Below are positions 1 to 7,553 of a stretch of 64,000 nucleotides of DNA, in pieces. Each line of letters begins with the position of its first letter. Position 1 is the first letter of the stretch. Origin of the DNA: a virus; the IMG/VR virus record IMGVR_UViG_3300033978_000457, positions 1-64,000 of that record. The stretch is one strand, 5' to 3'. The notes below the pieces were generated by a model. That model searched no databases. It saw nothing but the letters and a program-made list of their open reading frames with translations, and had not been told where the DNA came from. The translations under genes and the position numbers were made by a program.

Positions 1-2799
1 CCACAAGGTACTCAAGGTGTCCAAGGTGCTCAAGGTATTCAAGGCCGTCAAGGTACTCAGGGTACAACAGGTAACACTGGTACTCAAGGTATAACAGGTA
101 ACACTGGTGCTCAAGGTACTCAGGGTATTCAGGGTATTACAGGTATTGGTAGCCAAGGTATTCAAGGTATTACTGGTTCTCAGGGTACTCAAGGTACTCA
201 AGGTCGTCAAGGTACCACAGGTTCTCAGGGTGCTCAAGGTATTCAGGGTGTTACAGGTGCCGGTACTCAAGGTATTCAGGGTATTACAGGTGCCGGTACT
301 CAAGGTATTCAGGGTATTACTGGTTCTCAAGGCGCTCAAGGTACTCAAGGCCGTCAAGGCACTACAGGTTCTCAAGGCGCTACAGGTGCTCAAGGTCTAC
401 AAGGCATTCAAGGTCCACAAGGCACTACAGGCACTCAAGGCGCCACAGGTTCTCAAGGCGCTACTGGTTCTCAAGGCGCTCAAGGTACTCAAGGCCGTCA
501 AGGCACTACAGGTTCTCAGGGCGCTACAGGTTCTCAGGGCGCTATAGGCTCTCAAGGTACTACTGGTGCCCAAGGCACAAGCGGTGCAACAGAAACAGCA
601 TCATCTCTTTTAACCAAACTTATAACAGTCGATGGACCTGGTTCGGCACTAGATGCTGACACTCTTGATGGTATAAATTCTGATGCCTTTTTAACAACAA
701 ATGGTACTGCGACTTCAACAGCTACTTTCCCTGTGGGTATGTACGTTGGGTTCAATGCTTACTATGATGGAGTTGATGTTCGCTGGGAAGCAAAGTCAAC
801 CCAACAAGGTTGGTACGTATTCCGCAATGGTGGTAACGGTACCGGCTTAGAACTTTATGTAGAAGACGGCTCAGTTACTGCCAACGCAGTAGTAAATACT
901 TACGCTTCGTACATGTGGCGCGATGGAGATTTCTTCTCCGGAGCAAATAAATTCTGGCATGCTGGTAACGACGGTGCTGGTACAGGCCTTGATGCTGACA
1001 CGCTTGACGGTTATAGTTCTGCTTCGTTCGTGTTCCAAAACCAAAGTTACAATACTACATACCTTGGCTTTACCCATGTTGGTTCAAACTCTGGTATGTC
1101 TGCAGCTGACTACGCTCTTTACCAAGAAGCTGGTGCTTGGACTGGTCCTCTTTATCCTGATTTAATTTTCGCGTTCCACACCGGCATTAAAATTATGTCA
1201 CAAACCGGATACGGTGGTACAAAATTTTACGGCGCGACGCCAAGCTACATTGGCTCAACTGATCCTCTGTTCATTGTCGGTAACATCGACAATGCTACTT
1301 CGCATGTTTCACACGCTATTACGTCTACAACAACAGACGGATTCGGATTAGAGTTCCTTATTAATGGAACATACATCGATGGGCGTTACGCTCACCGCCT
1401 TGCCAAATATGATGTTGGTGGTGGTGTACCTCTGTATGTACAGAAAACTTCTGGTACAGCAGGGTCGTGGACAACTATCGCTCGTTTTGGTAGTTTTAGT
1501 GGAAACACGAATGAATTTGAGGTTTTTGGTCCCGGTGCTTTTTCTGATCGTATTGCTGCTACTGCCGCAACATTTACCGCTGGTAGCTTCAACGCCTCTA
1601 ATGGTATGCATCTATTTTTTAGTTCAAACGAAAGTAATATTTACTCTCTACAAAACGGTGTTTCTTGGCGGGCGCTCAACATTGACAGTAGTATACTTCG
1701 CTTAAATGGAAATACCGCTGGTCCAACATATATTTATAATGGGTTGTATGGATACACTACGATCGTTTGTACTGCCACCCCAACTGGGCAGACTGGTTTA
1801 GCGGTTATAACAAAGTCTGGCGGTGTTGATGGTACTAGCTATCTATATGTAAACGGACATAACCATTTTCAAATACAACCTATATCGGGTAGTGCTGGTA
1901 CTGTGTGGCATTCAGGTATTGACGGCGCTGGTTCAGGTCTCGATGCTGACACTGTTGATGGATTCCATTCATACCAGTTCCCTCACTCTACTGATAATTC
2001 AGGATACGGCTGGGGTTCTAGTATGAACGTCAGCAATATGAATGCTGTTCTTGGTACTACTTCTACTACACAGCGTTGTGGCTTTTCAACGTACAATAAC
2101 CCAACAAACTCTCCTAATGGTGATTGGGTGCACTGGATCTCTCATTTCGGAAGCCAGTGGGTTGATGTAGATAAGTATGGATTCCAGATTGCTCACGGTT
2201 TCTGGAACAACAATATGTGGGTTCGTAGAGTAAACGATGATACCTGGGGTTCCTGGGTTAAGATGTGGAATGCTGACAATGACGGCTCGGGCTCAGGCTT
2301 AGATGCTGATCTTCTAGATGGTATTGATAGTACTGGATTTATAAAAGGTACGACAAATACTTGGATTACAGATGCTGGTAGTGTACAACGTTTTTATTTC
2401 CAGGCTTCTAGTACTACTTATGTTAAAGGCCACGGCTCAACCCCCATCGAATTCCGAAACGGAAGCGATGCTAATATTACCAATATTGACTCTTCTGGTA
2501 ACTTAACAGCTGTAGCAAACGTAACCGCTTATTCTGATATACGACTGAAAGAAGATCTCTTAGTAATTAACAGCGCTCTTGACAAAGTTATGACTCTTAC
2601 AGGGTACACCTTTACTCGTAAAGACTCAAAACAAAGACAAACTGGTCTTATTGCTCAGGATGTAGAAAAGATCCTAGCAGAAGCTGTGATGACAGACGAA
2701 AAAACTGGTATCAAATCCCTTGCTTATGGAAATCTAATGGGTCTTATGGTTGAAGCTATTAAAGAGCTTAAGCGAGAAATAGAGGAACTTAAGAGATGA
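1..2799 (+). CDS. Collagen-like tail fibre with C-terminal peptidase S74-type intramolecular chaperone (5'-partial)
   Basis: Frame 1 is open from base 1 ([18 protein letters not shown]...) and runs in frame into ORF 733..2799; four DG.G..LDAD.(L/V)DG linker motifs; C-terminal YSDIRLKE...GLIAQDVE...AIKEL. Confidence 0.88.
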   Translation, partial: PQGTQGVQGAQGIQGRQGTQGTTGNTGTQGITGNTGAQGTQGIQGITGIGSQGIQGITGSQGTQGTQGRQGTTGSQGAQGIQGVTGAGTQGIQGITGAGTQGIQGITGSQGAQGTQGRQGTTGSQGATGAQGLQGIQGPQGTTGTQGATGSQGATGSQGAQGTQGRQGTTGSQGATGSQGAIGSQGTTGAQGTSGATETASSLLTKLITVDGPGSALDADTLDGINSDAFLTTNGTATSTATFPVGMYVGFNAYYDGVDVRWEAKSTQQGWYVFRNGGNGTGLELYVEDGSVTANAVVNTYASYMWRDGDFFSGANKFWHAGNDGAGTGLDADTLDGYSSASFVFQNQSYNTTYLGFTHVGSNSGMSAADYALYQEAGAWTGPLYPDLIFAFHTGIKIMSQTGYGGTKFYGATPSYIGSTDPLFIVGNIDNATSHVSHAITSTTTDGFGLEFLINGTYIDGRYAHRLAKYDVGGGVPLYVQKTSGTAGSWTTIARFGSFSGNTNEFEVFGPGAFSDRIAATAATFTAGSFNASNGMHLFFSSNESNIYSLQNGVSWRALNIDSSILRLNGNTAGPTYIYNGLYGYTTIVCTATPTGQTGLAVITKSGGVDGTSYLYVNGHNHFQIQPISGSAGTVWHSGIDGAGSGLDADTVDGFHSYQFPHSTDNSGYGWGSSMNVSNMNAVLGTTSTTQRCGFSTYNNPTNSPNGDWVHWISHFGSQWVDVDKYGFQIAHGFWNNNMWVRRVNDDTWGSWVKMWNADNDGSGSGLDADLLDGIDSTGFIKGTTNTWITDAGSVQRFYFQASSTTYVKGHGSTPIEFRNGSDANITNIDSSGNLTAVANVTAYSDIRLKEDLLVINSALDKVMTLTGYTFTRKDSKQRQTGLIAQDVEKILAEAVMTDEKTGIKSLAYGNLMGLMVEAIKELKREIEELKR

Positions 2800-3629
2800 C
2801 GCTAGCTGCTTCAGGCACAATGAGTATCGGAGGTTCAACTTCTACCCGCTCTATCAACTTAGAACTTGGTAGAGCGCAAAATGCTACTTCTAGCATGAAT
2901 GAAAGCGCACTTAGAACGCTTGCGGGAGTTCCATCTGGAGCTATTAGTATATCTAATTTCTATGGAAAATCTAACTTTACTCCAACTACTGTAACATACA
3001 ATACCGGATCTGGTACTGAAACAGCCCCAACTGGATGGTCTTCTTGCCGTATACGTATTTGGGGAGGCGGAGGAGGCGGCGGTAGAAGTAACGGACTTAG
3101 TGCTCCTGGCGGCGGTGGAGGCGGTGGTGGATTTTCTGAAAAAACTATTACTGGAAGCGGGTCTTCAACCATAAACTACGTTGTGGGTAATGGAGGAGCA
3201 GGTAGAACAGCTTCAAGTGTCGGAAGCGGCACAACAGCTGGACAAACTAGAGTTGGCGATGTAACTGCTACTGGTGGATTTGCTGGAACTAATATGTCTG
3301 CAAATGGAGGCGCAGGCGGTGCTGAAACTAGTGGAGGTTCAGGAGGTACAGCTACTGGCGGATCTACAAATACCACTGGTAACTCTGGTAATGCTGTTCT
3401 AGGTGATACCGATGGTGGGGGTGATGCTGCTGGAACTGGAGGAGGTGACGGTGGAACAAACTGGGATGGATATCTTGATGCCGGTATTTGGACAACATCT
3501 ACCTTTCCATCAGACGGATCCGCTCCAGGAGGAGGGGGAGGCGGTGGCGCTTGGAGTACCGCAGGTGATTTTCTTGACATAGCAGGTATGAATGGTAGCA
3601 TAGGTCGCGTAGAATTCTACTACACATAA
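2796..3629 (+). CDS. Gly-rich fibre-tip adhesin (gp38-like)
   Basis: N-terminal MTLAASG...RTLAGVPSGAISISNFYGKS followed by poly-Gly runs; ATGA overlap with the S74-bearing fibre. Confidence 0.65.
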   Translation: MTLAASGTMSIGGSTSTRSINLELGRAQNATSSMNESALRTLAGVPSGAISISNFYGKSNFTPTTVTYNTGSGTETAPTGWSSCRIRIWGGGGGGGRSNGLSAPGGGGGGGGFSEKTITGSGSSTINYVVGNGGAGRTASSVGSGTTAGQTRVGDVTATGGFAGTNMSANGGAGGAETSGGSGGTATGGSTNTTGNSGNAVLGDTDGGGDAAGTGGGDGGTNWDGYLDAGIWTTSTFPSDGSAPGGGGGGGAWSTAGDFLDIAGMNGSIGRVEFYYT

Positions 3630-3701
3630 ACAGGAACGGATTTGGTCGCAAAAGCTTTAGATATGACTGCTGAGGTAATCAATGAATAATAAAGGAGAAA
3701 A

Positions 3702-4157
3702 ATGATAGAATATACAATACATAAACAGACAGAAAAGACTGTCGAGATTATTATTATTGACCCAGAAACTGGCCTAACCCACAATCGGACAATTAATATA
3801 GGTGATTGCACCACAACAGATTTATTTAATGAACGTATTGAGAGCCACCTAAGAGCTTTCAAGCATAGAATTAATATAGGAGTTATTACGGAGTCTACGA
3901 TTCCAGCAACAGAAGGTCTGCCCACAGATATAGTAATAGACCCAGCATTGTCTAAACAAAGCAAGCTGGCACTAGCTACCGTAGTAGAGGTTAAGTCTCT
4001 AGAAAAGCAAGCACAGGTACAGGAACGACTGACAAAATTAAATAGCGAAAGTAAAAAAGATAATACTGCTATCGCGGAAGCAACTACTAAACTGCAGGAG
4101 CTTACTGCAGCTATTGATACCCTAGTAATTGATAAATCTAATATAGAGAAGGAATAA
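3702..4157 (+). CDS. Hypothetical protein, fibre-associated, C-terminal coiled coil
   Basis: 151-aa ORF with AAGGAG RBS. Confidence 0.6.
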   Translation: MIEYTIHKQTEKTVEIIIIDPETGLTHNRTINIGDCTTTDLFNERIESHLRAFKHRINIGVITESTIPATEGLPTDIVIDPALSKQSKLALATVVEVKSLEKQAQVQERLTKLNSESKKDNTAIAEATTKLQELTAAIDTLVIDKSNIEKE

Positions 4158-4161
4158 GAAT

Positions 4162-4320
4162 ATGGAAGAGAAAAAAGTAAACCTGGAAGTGACTGCCCAG
4201 GAGTTTAACATTATAATGGCAGGATTACGTGAGTTACCCCACAAAATTTCTGCGACAGTCATAGATGCGTTAGGTAAACAAGTGCAAAAACAAGTAAACC
4301 CAGATGGAACACCTAAGTAA
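4162..4320 (+). CDS. Small hypothetical protein (52 aa, MEEKKVNLEVTAQEFNIIMAGLRELPHK...)
   Basis: Read manually (below ORF-track cutoff); AAGGA RBS; TAATG overlap with terminase start. Confidence 0.65.
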   Translation: MEEKKVNLEVTAQEFNIIMAGLRELPHKISATVIDALGKQVQKQVNPDGTPK

Positions 4321-5624
4321 TGAAAGTCTCTAGGCTAGACGTAATCAGTAACAAAATAGTAGATTTAAGCTTCGAGCCCAACAGGTTTCTGAAGCTCAAT
4401 GTCGAACGCTATTTAGAGGAACTAGGAGTAATTCCCGTAGATCCTCAGATAGCGATTATAAACGCTATTAATAACCCAAAGTACCGCTTTATCTGCGCCG
4501 CGATTTCCAGACGTTTAGGTAAAACCTATATCGCCAATATCATCGGCCAACTTGTAACGCTAGTACCTGGGTCAAATGTTCTAATTATGTCGCCTAACTA
4601 CAGACTCTCACAAATTTCATTCGATTTGCAAAGACAGCTGATTAAACACTTCAACCTAGAAGTAACACGAGATAACGCTAAGGATAGCATCATCGAACTA
4701 TCTAACGGATCAACGATTCGTATGGGTTCGGTAAACCAAGTAGACTCAGTAGTTGGTCGATCCTACGACCTAATTATCTTCGACGAGGCCGCTCTAACTG
4801 ATGAAGGTGAAAACGCCTTTAATATTGCGCTTCGTCCTACACTAGACAAACCAAATTCAAAAGCTCTATTTATTTCCACACCTCGTGGTAAGAATAACTG
4901 GTTTGCTAAGTTCTATGAACGTGGGTCATCGAACGAATTCCCTGAGTGGTGTTCAATTCACGCCACATGGAAGGATAATCCTAGGATCGACACGCGCGAC
5001 ATTGAGGAAGCCATGAGAACAATGAGTCAAGCGGAGTTTAAACAAGAGTACGAAGCTGACTTTAGCACATACGAGGGCAGAATCTGGGACTTCAACTTCG
5101 ATACACAGGTGCAAGACCTTTCGGCGCTGGACCTTACTGGCATGGATATTTTTGCTGGCCTCGACGCAGGTTATCGAGACCCGACGGCCTTCGCCGTATT
5201 TGCATACGATTCGAAAAACGATATATACTATCTCATTGGCGAGTACTCTAATCAGGAGAAAACCACAGAGAAACACGCGAAAGCCATTCAGTATTATATT
5301 GACAAGTATGATATTGATATGATATTTGTTGACTCCGCTGCTCAGCAGTTCCGAGCCGACTTGGCTGGCGAGCACGGCATATCTACAATCGACGCTAAAA
5401 AATCAGTCTTAGACGGAATCGCTCATGTAGGTGCTATCGTTGATAATAATAAACTCGTCGTCGATCAAAGATGTATCGAGTGCCTAAAATCGCTGGAAGC
5501 TTACAGATGGGATCCAAATCCCGGCCTACTTAAAGAAAAGCCTCTTCACACATGGGCATCACACTTAGCCGACGCCATACGTTACGGTCTATATTCCTAT
5601 GTCAATAGCTTTACTGGGTTCTAG
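4320..5624 (+). CDS. terL: Terminase large subunit
   Basis: Walker A SRRLGKT, Walker B LIIFDEAA, ISTPRG coupling motif, RNase H-like GLDAGYRD...HLADAIRY. Confidence 0.95.
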   Translation: MKVSRLDVISNKIVDLSFEPNRFLKLNVERYLEELGVIPVDPQIAIINAINNPKYRFICAAISRRLGKTYIANIIGQLVTLVPGSNVLIMSPNYRLSQISFDLQRQLIKHFNLEVTRDNAKDSIIELSNGSTIRMGSVNQVDSVVGRSYDLIIFDEAALTDEGENAFNIALRPTLDKPNSKALFISTPRGKNNWFAKFYERGSSNEFPEWCSIHATWKDNPRIDTRDIEEAMRTMSQAEFKQEYEADFSTYEGRIWDFNFDTQVQDLSALDLTGMDIFAGLDAGYRDPTAFAVFAYDSKNDIYYLIGEYSNQEKTTEKHAKAIQYYIDKYDIDMIFVDSAAQQFRADLAGEHGISTIDAKKSVLDGIAHVGAIVDNNKLVVDQRCIECLKSLEAYRWDPNPGLLKEKPLHTWASHLADAIRYGLYSYVNSFTGF

Positions 5625-5640
5625 GGATATCTCACTTGTC

Positions 5641-5680
5641 AAAAATTTTACTTGACTATCAAAACGAGTCGCGATATTAT
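5641..5680 (+). promoter_or_regulatory. Sigma70-type promoter
   Basis: A-tract, TTGACT (5652-5657), 17 bp, TATTAT (5675-5680). Confidence 0.7.
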
Positions 5681-5702
5681 TATTGTAATATAGAAAGAGT
5701 GT

Positions 5703-6092
5703 ATGACGGTCGAAAATCTTAAACGTTATAGCGTTAAATATATTAGAGATGGCGCAAAAAGTGCCTACAAAAAAGACGATCACTGTCACATTTGTGATAC
5801 TGCTGAAGAGTTACAACTTCACCACTATACTGGCCTAGCAGATTTGTGGGCTATGTGGTGCAGAAAAAACCGAATTAAAATCAATACTGTTGACGATGTT
5901 ATGGAACACCGTGAACACTTTATCGCCCAGCATTATGATCAGCTATACCACGACGTGGTAACTCTGTGCAAACTCCATCATGCTGACTTACACCAAATGT
6001 TCGGGAAAGCACCCGCGATCGGGTCCTCTAAGGCACAAGCACGATGGATCGAAGTTAAAAGGAAGAAATGGCTAGAAAAGAATCAATCTTAA
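5703..6092 (+). CDS. HNH endonuclease (T5-like nicking/packaging nuclease)
   Basis: CHIC...LQLHH...TLCKLHH; lies between TerL and portal as in T5. Confidence 0.8.
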   Translation: MTVENLKRYSVKYIRDGAKSAYKKDDHCHICDTAEELQLHHYTGLADLWAMWCRKNRIKINTVDDVMEHREHFIAQHYDQLYHDVVTLCKLHHADLHQMFGKAPAIGSSKAQARWIEVKRKKWLEKNQS

Positions 6093-7300
6093 AATCTTTT
6101 ACTAGCAGGTTTCGTCCGCAAGTAGTAGAAAAATTAAATCCAGGCCAGCGTTATATAGCTATGCAAGAGGGTCCAACTATTGACCCCGCGCCAAACAGTT
6201 ATTTTTCATACTACGAACAATTAGGCGTAGTTAACCGCGCTGTAAATATGGTAATAGACGCGGCTTCGCAAATTGATATTATTGTAGGCGATGACAAGCT
6301 TAACCAAGATATGCCTCCTAGAGGCGGAACAAAGAAGGCACGGGTAGAGAAACTTTTAAACTCCGAGCCTAATCCATTTCAGGATATCTCTACATTTCGT
6401 AGACTTATTTATTCGGATCTGCTAGTAGACGGTAATGCTTTTATTTACTATGATGGAGTACATATCTATCATCTTCCAGCATACTTAGTCTCTATTGAAA
6501 CAGACTATAAGTTGTATATAAAAGAATTTACTATGGATGGCCCTGGCGGCACAATTAAGTACGAACCAGATGAAGTCATACATATTAAGGATAACTCTAT
6601 ACGAGGTGTCTACAGAGGTATATCTAGACTTAGCTCAGCTAAATCATCTATGACACTACTCTGGAGAATGATTAAGTACCAAGATAAGTTTTTTGAGAAT
6701 GGAGCCATTCCTGGTCTTGTTCTTAAATCGCCTAACTCTCTTAGTGAAAAGCTAAAAGAGAAGATGATTGAAAGTTGGTTAAAACAATACTCACCAAATG
6801 CTGGCGGCAGACGTCCGCTGATTTTAGATGGGGGTATGGAGCTTGATAGACTATCGAATACAAACTTTAAAGAACTCGATTTTGAAAATAGTATAGTAAA
6901 GCAAGAGCATGCAGTTCTTAAAACACTGGGCATTCCTCCTATTCTTCTTGATGGTGGTAATAATGCTAACATTAGACCTAATCAAAGACTATTTTACATA
7001 GAAACTGTAATTCCTCTTGTGCACAAAGTTATGAAAGGCTACGAAAGATTTTTTGGCTGGGAACTGATTCCAGACAACGATATTCCAGGCCTACAGCCAG
7101 AATTACAAGAGCAAGCAAACTACGCGGTAGCTCTTGTTAACGGTGGCGTAATTACTCCAAATGAAGCTAGAAAAACTTTAGCATTTGAAGATTCTGAAGA
7201 TAAACTTATGGATGAAATTAGAGTTCCAGTTAACGTTGCCGGCTCTGCCGCTGACCCTAGCCAAGGTGGAAGACCACCGAAGAAAGACCCTAATGAATAG
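6068..7300 (+). CDS. Portal protein (HK97 family)
   Basis: PNPFQ, DLLVDGNAF, EVIHIK, FFENGAIPGLVL, LGIPPILL, GVITPNEAR. Confidence 0.95.
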   Translation: MARKESILKSFTSRFRPQVVEKLNPGQRYIAMQEGPTIDPAPNSYFSYYEQLGVVNRAVNMVIDAASQIDIIVGDDKLNQDMPPRGGTKKARVEKLLNSEPNPFQDISTFRRLIYSDLLVDGNAFIYYDGVHIYHLPAYLVSIETDYKLYIKEFTMDGPGGTIKYEPDEVIHIKDNSIRGVYRGISRLSSAKSSMTLLWRMIKYQDKFFENGAIPGLVLKSPNSLSEKLKEKMIESWLKQYSPNAGGRRPLILDGGMELDRLSNTNFKELDFENSIVKQEHAVLKTLGIPPILLDGGNNANIRPNQRLFYIETVIPLVHKVMKGYERFFGWELIPDNDIPGLQPELQEQANYAVALVNGGVITPNEARKTLAFEDSEDKLMDEIRVPVNVAGSAADPSQGGRPPKKDPNE

Positions 7301-7553
7301 AACACCCGCAACAGCTATGGCGCGCGATGTTGCAAAGTTTTTAATAGATAAAAAAGTAAATCCTTTAGAAATTACAGCTGCTCAGTACGATGATTTAGCT
7401 CCGCCCTATAGGGCAGTTAGAATGAAATTGTATTTCCTAACGTTTGCTCGCGCCATGAAACATGTAGCTAGCCAAGTTGAAAGATTACAAAAACGTACTG
7501 TAATCAAGAAGCCTATTAAAGCTAGAGAAAAACAAACCAATGGTGAAGTATAG
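7293..7553 (+). CDS. Small basic hypothetical protein
   Basis: Likely start ATG 7293 overlapping the portal stop; fills the portal-protease gap. Confidence 0.55.
   Translation: MNRTPATAMARDVAKFLIDKKVNPLEITAAQYDDLAPPYRAVRMKLYFLTFARAMKHVASQVERLQKRTVIKKPIKAREKQTNGEV

Noticed and set aside
107-547. VLKVLKV-type ORF (also 31100-32311 plus-strand, 30229-32380 minus-strand and 63348-63554 shadows)
   Set aside because: Alternative-frame shadows of Gly-X-Y collagen repeats
3702-4320. Terminase small subunit upstream of terL
   Set aside because: Neither ORF shows features I recognise as TerS; it may lie outside the window
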